Made by a program: the position numbers and the translations under genes
Shown here: positions 15,318-24,197 of the stretch, in pieces
How positions within the stretch are numbered: position 1 is the stretch's first letter
Layout of the letters: the number at the start of each line of letters is the position of its first letter
IMG/VR virus record: IMGVR_UViG_3300044216_003480
Span: 1-24,197 of that record
Strand: one strand, 5' to 3'
DNA from: a virus
Lineage: Duplodnaviria > Caudoviricetes
Length of the DNA: 24,197 bases
Notes under the pieces: model-generated
Seen by the model: the letters and a program-made list of their open reading frames with translations, nothing else
The model's database searches: none
What the model was told of the DNA's origin: nothing

Positions 15318-17293
15318 TATTCATCCTCTTCTACTTCTTCAACTTCCATGTCCTCTACGTCATCTCTTCTGAAAGGAACATCACGAATACTAGAATCAGC
15401 AAATCTATAACCACCATCATCAGGGTCATACATAGGGTTGAAAGCGTCTAAATTTATGTTAGCAACTTTGTTTATAAAGCCAATTGAATCAGCAAGTACA
15501 GTAGACCTTTGATTTGAACTTTGGAAGTAATCCAATGCTGCTATAATTCTACCTCTACTACTTTCTAAAGTTCGTTTGTAATCATCTCTAACAGTTTTTA
15601 ATTTTGCTAATAAAGCTGCCTGAGAATCAAACACGTTAACTGTACCAAACACTCTTGCAACTATTTCTCTATCTAGGTTGGATATTGTTCTACCTGACTC
15701 TCCTAAAATTTCTCTAATGCCTTTTTGTTTTAATTGCTCTAAAATGATATTCACTTTTTCTCTGTCATTTAAATCTTGATATTTAGAGGTACTCGACCCA
15801 GTAAATGCCCTCACACCTTGTTGTATTGTTTGTTGTATTAATCCACCAATTCCAAAACCTGAAAATGTTTTTTGTTCTAATTCATTTATAGCGTAGTTCA
15901 ATCTTGCTAAATTATCTTCACCTCTTGTGAAATCATCTCTAGCTGTTATGAAATTTTCTACAATATCTGTGTTTCTTTTCGCATCTTCTGTACTCATAAA
16001 CCCAGCTTTAGGTCTGGTAACAGCGGCATATAACATTCCTTGACCTATGCTCCCTGTTTGTGCTAGCCCTTGTGCTAGATTCTCAAAAAATCTAAACATT
16101 TCTTTACTTGTTAAAAAGCTAGCTTTAGTTATCTTTCTTTTCTTTGTTGGGTCTGTTGTGTTGTGTGTTATACCTTGATAAACAAACTCTTTGTTAGGCC
16201 CTAACTCTCTCATAGCTGCACTTCTTGCATCTTCTAGATTTTCATATACATCATATGGTGACTGCACTAACTGCTGTTTGGTTTTCTCACCTACCTCAAT
16301 CTTGTCATCATCTAAACCCTCTCTTCTTCTTAAATAATCTCTAGCAAGAGTTTTTTGTGCTAAGTTGCCACTATCTAGTAATTCGTTTGCTAATTTATCT
16401 AATTCCGCTGTTCCGCCTTTTTCAGGAAATAAACTCTTTGGTCCAGTATCTTCAAAACCTGCTAATTCAGCTGTAAAATCAACTACAGTAGGTGCAACAG
16501 CTAAACCAAGAGGAAATCCTACTGCTGCTTGTGGATTTAATCTTAAGTCCCTTACAAACCCGCCGACGTTGCTAAGAGGACTTCTGATTTGACCACTTCT
16601 TAGACCTTGTATAAAACCAGGATTTTCAAAAGCATATTTATTTTGTAATTTTTTTAAACCTTCGTCGTATGCTTCTTTAGTAATTTCTTTTCTTCTAAGT
16701 TGTCTATCTAATTTAAGTTTTTGGTCGTTAATATTTTTAATTACTTGTTGTTCAGAACCCCCAGTTACAGGTTTCATCTTTTTTGTTTTTGCATCCCTAA
16801 CAAAAGTTTTTTGTTTACCTCTAAGAGGATTCATAAAGTCTAGTAACTGTCTCCCTCTAAATGCTAAACCTGCACCTGTTGTAGCTTGTGCTCCAAGACC
16901 AAGAGGGAGTCCTCTAGTAAGTAATAATCCACCTACTGCAAGAGCTCCTAGTCCAACTTGTTGTGCTTTCCCTAGTTGTCCTTCTCGAAGATAGTTTTCG
17001 ACTGCCTCACCTGTGTCTAATGTGTTTGGTGCATATTGAGCTAAATCTATATCAAATTCCTTTTGGCCTGCACCTAAACCTATACTCAATCTTTGATAAA
17101 TTGTGCCATCTGGTTCTCGTCTGACTAAAAATTGTTGGCCGTCTTTTTCCTCTATAGTTTGAGTAAAATTTCTTGTACTTAATAGAGGATTTAAAAAACC
17201 TACATCTTCTACTACAATTGCATCCTCTACAGGCACGTCATATGTACTTGCTGTGCCCCCTTTACTAAACATTTTTCTTTTAAATACGTCCAT
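15317..17293 (-). CDS. Probable ejection/internal virion protein (658 aa)
   Basis: Coupled ORF; Gly-rich hydrophobic patches; synteny. Confidence 0.55.
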   Translation of the reverse strand: MDVFKRKMFSKGGTASTYDVPVEDAIVVEDVGFLNPLLSTRNFTQTIEEKDGQQFLVRREPDGTIYQRLSIGLGAGQKEFDIDLAQYAPNTLDTGEAVENYLREGQLGKAQQVGLGALAVGGLLLTRGLPLGLGAQATTGAGLAFRGRQLLDFMNPLRGKQKTFVRDAKTKKMKPVTGGSEQQVIKNINDQKLKLDRQLRRKEITKEAYDEGLKKLQNKYAFENPGFIQGLRSGQIRSPLSNVGGFVRDLRLNPQAAVGFPLGLAVAPTVVDFTAELAGFEDTGPKSLFPEKGGTAELDKLANELLDSGNLAQKTLARDYLRRREGLDDDKIEVGEKTKQQLVQSPYDVYENLEDARSAAMRELGPNKEFVYQGITHNTTDPTKKRKITKASFLTSKEMFRFFENLAQGLAQTGSIGQGMLYAAVTRPKAGFMSTEDAKRNTDIVENFITARDDFTRGEDNLARLNYAINELEQKTFSGFGIGGLIQQTIQQGVRAFTGSSTSKYQDLNDREKVNIILEQLKQKGIREILGESGRTISNLDREIVARVFGTVNVFDSQAALLAKLKTVRDDYKRTLESSRGRIIAALDYFQSSNQRSTVLADSIGFINKVANINLDAFNPMYDPDDGGYRFADSSIRDVPFRRDDVEDMEVEEVEEDE

Positions 17294-17294
17294 A

Positions 17295-19235
17295 TTAACT
17301 TTGTCCCATTCCTATAAGAGGTATAGGTCCTTCTGGTTTATCTTTATCATCTTTTGGTTTTGCTCTTTCTCTGTCTTGGTTTTGTGCTAAAGCTTGTTGA
17401 TATGGATTTGCAAATTGTGTATATGCTCCAATACCTGCAGCTAGGCCACCTGCTACTGGGTCTTTTGGTGCTGCGTAATCACTAACAGATATAGTATAGC
17501 CTGTTTTATATTGTGGTAGCATTTGTTGTGTAGCTGCTAAAACACCTAATGGCCTATCTATTTGAGCTCGTTGTTGTGCAAATCTTCTGGATAATTCGTC
17601 TTGTCTTAAACCTCTTTGAATACCACCCATAGACATAAGTTCAGCTCTTTCTCTTTGACCTAATTCTTGCTGCTCTCTACCTAAAGCTCCTACTTGTGCT
17701 CCGTATGCAGCGAGTTGTCGTCCTATATCTCTAGATAACCCTGTTTTTTGTAATCCTAAATCTAATAAATCTCTAGATACATCACCTCTGGCTCCAAATT
17801 CAGCGGTACCCAATCCTGATTCAAAAGCAGCTGCGTCTTGTAAAGCTCTTCTAGAAAACTCAGATTCTCTTATAGCTTTATCAAGTGCAGACTCAAAGCC
17901 TCCTGCTCTTATGCCAGCTAGTGCTTCACCTAACCCTCTAGCGAGAGCTGACTGTCTTTCGGCAGCTGTTAGTTTGGCTCTAGAGCCGAAGGCAGACTCG
18001 CCACCTCTAGCTATATTTTCTGCTCTTTGTGCTATCTCATCCATCTCGCCTCTTTTTAAGACATCAGAAATAGTTTGTTGTACTACTTGTTCTTCAAAAG
18101 GATTAAAGAAAGCACCTGCAGACCTTGGGTCAAATCCAAATAATGAGGCTCTTTGTAAATCTCTTGCAGATGGACCTTGTTGCCCAAAAGAGCCCAATAA
18201 ACCACCTAATCCAGCTCCTAGTTGTCTTTGTGCTTCGCCGAAAAAAGGCTCTGCCATACCTGCTGCACCTCTTTCAGCAGCAACACCCTCTCCGATAGCG
18301 TCGCCATACGCTTGTAAAAAAGGTTGAAAACCTCCAATACCTTGTTGTGCTCCAAGTAAAGCTGCTTGTTCTAGACCTGCTAGTCCAGCAGTTTGTTCTA
18401 GTGGTACATCTGCTTGTATAGCTGCTCTAGTTGCTTGTTGTAGTTGGTTAATAAATCCAGGTGTATCTGCATCACCAAAATATAATTGTCTTACTAAAGG
18501 GTCTACGTCATATTCCTCTGACCTTTGACCAATTAATACTGGGTCTCTCCTAGGCATATCGTTAGAAAAAAGAGTTGGGTCTAACGGAGGTGTTGCTGGA
18601 GGAACTCCAGATGCAGGCTCGCCTGGAGTTTCTGTCTGTTCTGTAATTAAATCACCTATTGGCGGTTCCTCTTCTGATGGTGGTGTTTCACCTGCCTCTC
18701 TTTTTACTATTGCACCTGTATCAGGGTCTAGTTTTGACTGTTTCAATACAGCAGTTTCTATAGATTCTTGAGAAGATGGGGGGCTAAATCCTATTGTTTT
18801 TTCAGGAAAAAAACCTGTACGAGTTGGTTCTCCAGTATCTAAATTAATAGCTGGTGGCATAACTTGTGCTTGCACCATACCAGGTGCTACTTTAGGCATA
18901 GGTGGTTGATACAGTCGCTCACCATTTGGGCCTGTAAAAAATTGACCTCCAGGTTCTACTCCTGGTGGTAGGCTTGCCATATCTCTACGGAATTGTTCCA
19001 TCTGTTTTTCGTTTTCACTTCCAAAGTTATCATTAGGTCTTGGATTAGCAATTCTCATACTTCTAGGTAAATCGCTAGGTAATGGTGCTTGTGTAATTAC
19101 TGGCATGCCAAATCTGTCCGTTGTAAACGTCGGGCCTGGGAATCCTCTGCCTCTTGGTGGTCTTGCTGGCGTTGGCACAACTGGTCCTGGCATACCTTTT
19201 ATTCTTTGCAGTATATCTCCTAATTTTCTTATCAC
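17295..19235 (-). CDS. Probable DNA pilot/ejection protein (646 aa)
   Basis: Pro-rich N-terminus, Gln/Ala/Gly-rich body with FFNPFEEQVVQQT and AFGSR motifs seen in phage pilot-like proteins. Confidence 0.55.
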   Translation of the reverse strand: MIRKLGDILQRIKGMPGPVVPTPARPPRGRGFPGPTFTTDRFGMPVITQAPLPSDLPRSMRIANPRPNDNFGSENEKQMEQFRRDMASLPPGVEPGGQFFTGPNGERLYQPPMPKVAPGMVQAQVMPPAINLDTGEPTRTGFFPEKTIGFSPPSSQESIETAVLKQSKLDPDTGAIVKREAGETPPSEEEPPIGDLITEQTETPGEPASGVPPATPPLDPTLFSNDMPRRDPVLIGQRSEEYDVDPLVRQLYFGDADTPGFINQLQQATRAAIQADVPLEQTAGLAGLEQAALLGAQQGIGGFQPFLQAYGDAIGEGVAAERGAAGMAEPFFGEAQRQLGAGLGGLLGSFGQQGPSARDLQRASLFGFDPRSAGAFFNPFEEQVVQQTISDVLKRGEMDEIAQRAENIARGGESAFGSRAKLTAAERQSALARGLGEALAGIRAGGFESALDKAIRESEFSRRALQDAAAFESGLGTAEFGARGDVSRDLLDLGLQKTGLSRDIGRQLAAYGAQVGALGREQQELGQRERAELMSMGGIQRGLRQDELSRRFAQQRAQIDRPLGVLAATQQMLPQYKTGYTISVSDYAAPKDPVAGGLAAGIGAYTQFANPYQQALAQNQDRERAKPKDDKDKPEGPIPLIGMGQS

Positions 19236-20929
19236 GCTACACCCTCAAAAAATCTCATTAGTTTCATCATGTTGTCTGCACCTCTTTTTCTATCTGGCTC
19301 TAAACTTGGCACTATTTCCATAATACCGCCCTTTTTCTTTTTAACCTTTACACCACCTGCACCCATATTTGCCTTAGCTGTCATAACAAATTCGCCATCA
19401 CTCAACATAGCAGGTATATCGTCAGAAGTGCCCGTACCTGGTCCAATAGACTCACCACCTGGTCTCATATCTAAGACATCACCACCTTCAGAAAATTCTG
19501 ATGCTTCATCTGTGTCCATAATACCGCCTTTTGCTTTGCCTGTTTCTCTTTCCTTTTTTACATATTTAACTGCCAACTCAAATATTTCTGGATAATTATC
19601 ATAAGCTGTTCTTAAAGGCATTTTAAAAGGTGCATTTGGGTCTGGTTCGTTAACAGGTTTACCAGTTTCTACATATACCGCTCTGTCTGATAAATCATCT
19701 TTTACTTGTCCTTTTCTTACAGCTTCAACATACGCATCAAAATCTCTGTCAGGTATGTCCTCTAAACTTCTCATGACTTTCCCGAATATGCTTTGCTGTC
19801 TTACAGCGGCATTAGAGTCTTCTAGAATTAAACCATCTGGACTTATTAATAAATTAAATTTATTTTCTTCAGCAGGCCCTCCATTTGCAAAATCAGCTTC
19901 ACCAACTACTTGTCCGCCTTTTGCAAATGAAGCTAATCCTCCTTTAGCCAACCCTAAATCAAAACCCGTACTGTATGGTGTTTGCACTTTTAAATCAGGT
20001 CTCAAAGTGTCTCTATAATCCTTAAGACCACCTAACTCTTTTTCTAATTGTTTTTGTGTAGCTTTACCATAAGCTGTTGCTAAGGCTAAAAGTTTAGGGT
20101 CCAACCCGCCTTTACTAGGGTCGAAAGTGTCTCTTAAACTGCCAAAAACTCCTCCTTTACCAGGCACTAATCCTAATAAATCATCTAGTATTCTATCTTT
20201 GAAAAAATTGTCACCCTCATATGTATCTGGGTTTAAACCAAATAAGCTGCCAATACCTGTTAGTGCTTTTTTACCACCCCCTAGTGCTTTTTGAAAAATA
20301 TTTTTCTTAGTTTCTTCTCCTGCTACTTTTGATGCAGAGCCCCCCATTTCTTCAATAGGAGACTTAGCGGCCACATCTCCAGTACCAGCATCAGCTCCAC
20401 CCCCAAATTTAGAACTAAACAGGTCTCTAGCCCTACCCCCAAATTTTGTTCCAGTACCAGAGGCATCTGCTGTTAACTGGCCGTCTTTAAATCCTATATT
20501 TGTAAACGCATACGATTGAGCTAGATTTCTAACTAAAGCCATAGGGTCTTGGTCTCCTTTAGCTACATTAATTGCTACACGACCTGTATCGTATACTTGT
20601 GCTGGTAACTGCCAAGGACCAGGCACAAACTTTGCTACTTTGGCTACTTTATTTACTATTGGTTTAACTTTTTTGTTCCAAAATCTTCCTATTTTTTTCA
20701 AAAAGAATTCTGGTAATCCTGTTTCAGGATTAATAGATGCCATATCAGAACCAACGGTTAATTCTGATAATAAAGTTTCATCCTGCTCTAATATATTTTC
20801 TATAGCTTTTTTGATTTTTGGATTTTCTTGTAGAAAATTAGGCGGCAACACCACCTCACCAGGAGTCACATGAGCTAATTCTGTATCTCCAAATCTGCCT
20901 TTATTTTTTAAACTCTGTATTCCTAACAT
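19232..20929 (-). CDS. Virion-associated protein (565 aa) with repeated xAxGG motifs
   Basis: GRFGDTELAHVTPGE, SINPETGLPEF and GPGTGTSDDIPAMLSDGEFV motifs typical of phage virion/tape-measure-related domains. Confidence 0.6.
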   Translation of the reverse strand: MLGIQSLKNKGRFGDTELAHVTPGEVVLPPNFLQENPKIKKAIENILEQDETLLSELTVGSDMASINPETGLPEFFLKKIGRFWNKKVKPIVNKVAKVAKFVPGPWQLPAQVYDTGRVAINVAKGDQDPMALVRNLAQSYAFTNIGFKDGQLTADASGTGTKFGGRARDLFSSKFGGGADAGTGDVAAKSPIEEMGGSASKVAGEETKKNIFQKALGGGKKALTGIGSLFGLNPDTYEGDNFFKDRILDDLLGLVPGKGGVFGSLRDTFDPSKGGLDPKLLALATAYGKATQKQLEKELGGLKDYRDTLRPDLKVQTPYSTGFDLGLAKGGLASFAKGGQVVGEADFANGGPAEENKFNLLISPDGLILEDSNAAVRQQSIFGKVMRSLEDIPDRDFDAYVEAVRKGQVKDDLSDRAVYVETGKPVNEPDPNAPFKMPLRTAYDNYPEIFELAVKYVKKERETGKAKGGIMDTDEASEFSEGGDVLDMRPGGESIGPGTGTSDDIPAMLSDGEFVMTAKANMGAGGVKVKKKKGGIMEIVPSLEPDRKRGADNMMKLMRFFEGVA

Positions 20930-21240
20930 TATCCTATTGTAACTGATACACTACCTAGCGAACTTGTCGCACTTAAACTACTAACATACGTCCTATGTGT
21001 AGTTAAATCAATAAATTCTGTCCCGTCAAAAACTTGCAATACTTCCGTAGTTGTATTGAATATGAGCGTGCCTGGTTGAAAATTCAACTTATCACGTTGA
21101 GTTGTAGTTAATTGTATCGTATTTACAGGGTCAAAACTACCTAAATTGATTTCTAAAATCCTAACAAGTCTGTTAAATATTTCGGTACTTACATTTTCAC
21201 CAGAGGAGACTGGTAGTCGTGTAGGTAAAAGTTTTGCCAT
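20929..21240 (-). CDS. Small hypothetical virion protein (103 aa)
   Basis: Abuts the gp10-like gene and overlaps the downstream gene; GTLIFNTTTEVLQVFDG resembles a tail-fibre-type repeat. Confidence 0.6.
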   Translation of the reverse strand: MAKLLPTRLPVSSGENVSTEIFNRLVRILEINLGSFDPVNTIQLTTTQRDKLNFQPGTLIFNTTTEVLQVFDGTEFIDLTTHRTYVSSLSATSSLGSVSVTIG

Positions 21241-23106
21241 TTATCTTCTGCCGTCTGTTCTTATGTCCATCCTAGTGGCCCCTAATCTCCAACCGACGTT
21301 ATTATTGCCTACGTCTCCATCATTTGACGCAACTCTTAAAACGGCTTGTCTCCCTCTACCTCTAATGTGCTTTTGTTGTGTTGTAGAATCTACCGTTGAG
21401 GTTGCAATAGTAGATAAGCTATCACCAGGAAAATTTCTAACTTTAGTCACTAAATTTACGTTACCACCTGAGCTAGATAAAAACTTTATATCTGGAATTA
21501 TTTTTTTTAAAAATGCAAAACTTTCTCCATCTCCTATATCAAAATCAGATGATTCTATAAAAACACCTGTCATTTCGCTACCATCATCATTAAATCCGAA
21601 CTCGTGTTCAAACAAGGTATTACTGCCTACTGCTTGTGGGAAAGGCTCAACACCTGAGTCTAGCCATACTGTTCTTACTAATTCACCAAAATACCAGACT
21701 TGTTCTTCGTAGTTATAGATTACATATCTATCAACTTCTTGCGAACTTTCAGATGGATAAAACCAGCCTATTTCATTTTCTTTTGTATTTGTAAATGCAG
21801 ATACTTTATATGCTTGTTCACTATTAAAATTAGAAAAAACAAAATTTAAAACACTACAAGGAACTTTTTGTACTGAGCCGTTATAAACGTAAAAATTATC
21901 ATAAGACATAAAAAAGATACCTTGTGGTGCTGTTACTGCAGCGTTTGGTCCAACTAACCCAGTATTTTCGTTTATTAAATTTACAGAAAAAGTAAAAGGC
22001 GGACCAGTAAATTGCATGCTGTATACCGATGTATCAGTAAAGATTATTGTCTCTTGTCTAGATTTTACGGCACCCACTATAGTAGAGCCTGAAGATAGTC
22101 TTAAAGAACCAGCGGTATTGTCTATTTTAGGTTCAAACTCTAGTTCATTTTCTTGGTCTGAGAAAGCGATAAACATAGGGTCTATAGCACCTGTTCTAGC
22201 AGTTCCTGCAGTATTTAACGGGTCAGCACCCAAAACTATCAAATGCCTATCTACCTCAGATGTTAGAACTTGTAAGGCCTTAGTTGGTACTAAATTTGCA
22301 CCAGTAATACCTGATAATTCTACTGCCCTAGTGCTAAGTCCTCCACTCTCTAACCATCTAAATATACCACCCGCTCTGGCATTTATAATTAAATTTTCAC
22401 CAAAATTATCGTGCGACCATAATCTTAATTGGTTTGTTGTTTCTAGTGTAGCAACAGAGCCCCAACCTCCGTCACCCCAAGCGTTTGCACCCCAACCAGT
22501 CGATGAAACATAAAAATCTAAGCCTACATTTATTTGATAGGCACCTACCACACTAGAACCACCATTACCACTATCAGAAGCATTAGCAGTTACTGTTGAG
22601 CCAGATGTATCTTTAGCTGTAATTTTGTATGAATTTGCATTTACTATACTGTCTATTTGATATTCTTGATTAAGTACGGCAGCAACTATATTGCCACCCA
22701 AAGAAGCAGCACCACTAAAAGTTACAAAATCGTTTTTGACTGCACCATGAGCAGTATCTGAAACTGTTATCTCAGAAGAACCATTAGAGGCACTAAAAGT
22801 TACATCTCCAGCGGAAGTCGTTGACCTTATGGGTGTTATGTCATTTATTGAGGTGCCTTCTTTTATTAAATATTTAAGATGTGTGCCTATGCCTAAATAC
22901 TTAGTGCCCTCTAAGGCAATCCAATTATGTAAAGCTCTTGCAGTTCCAGTAATAGAAGTGCTAGTTAGATTTCTCCAACCACCAAATTTTTCTGGCCTAC
23001 CAGACCTGAATCTAATTAAATTACAATCAAACCAACCGCCTTCATTATCATAAGCAGTACCTTCTCTGTTTATTCCTGGATTAAACTGTAGTTTTTGTAA
23101 CGGCAT
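21241..23106 (-). CDS. P22 gp10-like DNA-stabilisation / tail hub protein (621 aa)
   Basis: N-terminus PGINREGTAY...WFDCNLIRFRSGRPEKFGGW, beta-rich body, C-terminal WRLGATRMDIRTDGRR; located upstream of ejection-type genes. Confidence 0.7.
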   Translation of the reverse strand: MPLQKLQFNPGINREGTAYDNEGGWFDCNLIRFRSGRPEKFGGWRNLTSTSITGTARALHNWIALEGTKYLGIGTHLKYLIKEGTSINDITPIRSTTSAGDVTFSASNGSSEITVSDTAHGAVKNDFVTFSGAASLGGNIVAAVLNQEYQIDSIVNANSYKITAKDTSGSTVTANASDSGNGGSSVVGAYQINVGLDFYVSSTGWGANAWGDGGWGSVATLETTNQLRLWSHDNFGENLIINARAGGIFRWLESGGLSTRAVELSGITGANLVPTKALQVLTSEVDRHLIVLGADPLNTAGTARTGAIDPMFIAFSDQENELEFEPKIDNTAGSLRLSSGSTIVGAVKSRQETIIFTDTSVYSMQFTGPPFTFSVNLINENTGLVGPNAAVTAPQGIFFMSYDNFYVYNGSVQKVPCSVLNFVFSNFNSEQAYKVSAFTNTKENEIGWFYPSESSQEVDRYVIYNYEEQVWYFGELVRTVWLDSGVEPFPQAVGSNTLFEHEFGFNDDGSEMTGVFIESSDFDIGDGESFAFLKKIIPDIKFLSSSGGNVNLVTKVRNFPGDSLSTIATSTVDSTTQQKHIRGRGRQAVLRVASNDGDVGNNNVGWRLGATRMDIRTDGRR

Positions 23107-23518
23107 TTTTTAACTCATCAACTATTGTAATAGACTTTCTTAAACTTTTTAATGTGTCTATTTCATCTAAATATTCTACCTTTTTCTGATATTTTTTTCC
23201 TACTTTATAATTTGCTACAAATTCAACAACATTATCTGGCAAATATACAAAAGCGAATATATCTACTTCTTCTGCTGCATATGTTTTTTTTGTTTTATTA
23301 ACTTTTTTATACATGTCCCATCTCACATATGTTGAAGAATGGTGTTTAAATGGAGACTCTGTTGTTTTGACTTGTATTTTGTAGGATTCTTCTGCAGATT
23401 GTGCTAGGAAGTCATATCTCGAACTAGATGAGGCTTCAAAAACCTCTTCAAAATGTCTTATTAAGTAGCTTGCTGCTAAATATTCGCCAGCTCTGCCAAC
23501 TCTTTGCGTAAAAGCCAT
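23081..23518 (-). CDS. Free-standing PD-(D/E)XK endonuclease
   Basis: GRAGEYLAASYL...YDFL...KIQVKTT...VDIFAFV pattern. Confidence 0.7.
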   Translation of the reverse strand: MAFTQRVGRAGEYLAASYLIRHFEEVFEASSSSRYDFLAQSAEESYKIQVKTTESPFKHHSSTYVRWDMYKKVNKTKKTYAAEEVDIFAFVYLPDNVVEFVANYKVGKKYQKKVEYLDEIDTLKSLRKSITIVDELKNAVTKTTV

Positions 23519-23569
23519 AAGACCCTCCGTTATAAATAGTGGTTATATTAATCATAACTAATATTTATA

Positions 23570-23791
23570 TTAAGCCAAAAAGTTTCTTAATATCAAAGTA
23601 ATCATACTTGTAATAAGAATACCTAACAGACCAATAATAGATTTATTTCCTGCATCTATTTTATTTCTGATTTCTTTTACATCTGTATCTATTTCTTCAA
23701 ACTTACTAAAAGCTGTTTTCCAACGCTCTGAACATTCTTTTTCATGCACAGCAAGTTCTAAATGTACGTCTGCAGCCGTTTTTCTTGCCAT
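23570..23791 (-). CDS. Small coiled-coil protein with C-terminal TM (XhlA-like architecture)
   Basis: HEKECSERW, heptad region, hydrophobic C-terminus. Confidence 0.6.
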   Translation of the reverse strand: MARKTAADVHLELAVHEKECSERWKTAFSKFEEIDTDVKEIRNKIDAGNKSIIGLLGILITSMITLILRNFLA

Positions 23792-23961
23792 TATTTTTTT
23801 ACCTTAAATCGTAAAGCGATTACATCTAAGTAATCATATAGTTTGCTTATCCATTTGTCGTCTCTCTCGCTAGGTGTGAGTGTTGATAAGATTGAAGCTA
23901 AACTAATAACAACGCTTAACGAAATAAGTAAATCACTTAACCAATTTAAAAAATACATCAT
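23791..23961 (-). CDS. Small membrane protein (56 aa), absent from ORF track
   Basis: Hand translation MMYFLNWLSDLLISLSVVISLASILSTLTPSERDDKWISKLYDYLDVIALRFKVKK*; GGAGG SD; overlaps both neighbours. Confidence 0.65.
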   Translation of the reverse strand: MMYFLNWLSDLLISLSVVISLASILSTLTPSERDDKWISKLYDYLDVIALRFKVKK

Positions 23962-24095
23962 TTTTTATACCTCCAGACTCTCTTCCAAGCCTCATTTTTG
24001 TGTTTTGTTTTTTTGTTGTCAGGAATATATTTACCATCTTTATCCCTTTGACGAACCCATACAAAGCCTAACATTTCTAAAAATTTATTCCACAT
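23958..24095 (-). CDS. Small basic protein (45 aa), absent from ORF track
   Basis: Hand translation MWNKFLEMLGFVWVRQRDKDGKYIPDNKKTKHKNEAWKRVWRYKK*; AAGGA SD; ATGA overlap with the next ORF. Confidence 0.6.
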   Translation of the reverse strand: MWNKFLEMLGFVWVRQRDKDGKYIPDNKKTKHKNEAWKRVWRYKK

Positions 24096-24195
24096 CTTTT
24101 TTATCCTTATCTTTTTTTTGTTCTACAACTTCAGACTCTTGTAATCTTTTAACGGTTTCTTCTCTTACCACAGAAACGAAAGATAAATCTTTACC
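24085..24195 (-). CDS. 3' end of a gene running off the window
   Basis: Open frame ...GKDLSFVSVVREETVKRLQESEVVEQKKDKDKKDVE* overlapping the next start. Confidence 0.45.
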   Translation of the reverse strand, partial: GKDLSFVSVVREETVKRLQESEVVEQKKDKDKKDVE

Positions 24196-24197
24196 AA

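Noticed and set aside
1977-23053. Shadow ORFs in the track (1977-2255, 6108-6413, 7599-7853, 7672-7920, 9683-9865, 10403-10624, 10560-10766, 11316-11507, 12583-13149, 13375-13953, 14392-14649, 16365-16592, 17911-18327, 19105-19323, 19269-19595, 19755-20018, 20640-20873, 21146-21712, 22016-22513, 22829-23053)
   Set aside because: Antisense or out-of-frame overlaps of well-supported genes, mostly with Ser/Pro/Leu-rich shadow composition and no recognisable motifs.
1-24197. Self-targets of the array's gapped patterns within this window
   Set aside because: By-eye checks found only short partial matches (for example VKEI in the primase against U6). Not exhaustive; needs a regex search.
1-24197. 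tRNA, rRNA, integrase, transposase or reverse transcriptase
   Set aside because: No recognisable motifs seen; lifestyle and host cannot be determined from this window.

Overview
AT-rich fragment of a tailed (podovirus-like) bacteriophage genome, resembling uncultured aquatic phages. Left to right: a run of small, overlapping, acidic early-type ORFs (88-1658); a candidate RNA-guided system (1684-3334); an isolated terminase small subunit; a recombination/replication module (RecE-like exonuclease, DUF3310, SSB-like protein, Sak4-like ATPase, Cro-like HTH, primase-polymerase/helicase); a nuclease and a 3TM holin; then a convergent minus-strand virion module (four large probable ejection/internal proteins, a P22 gp10-like protein, a free-standing PD-(D/E)XK endonuclease, small membrane ORFs). 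The main finding is a Cas7/RAMP-like gene (1762-2391) coupled to an accessory gene (2375-2884), followed by a leader hairpin and a non-coding array (2957-3328). The array parses exactly as seven units, each a 4-nt separator (GGCA, once GTCA) plus 7-12 pentamers of the form G[G/T][C/T]-NN. The variable NN dinucleotides have the base composition of codon positions 1 and 2, which suggests a non-contiguous guide code. This is not a CRISPR array. It resembles my unverified recollection of phage VIPR systems (GGY-NN guides), here with a GTY-dominated scaffold. All protein calls are from motif recognition by eye; no searches were run.
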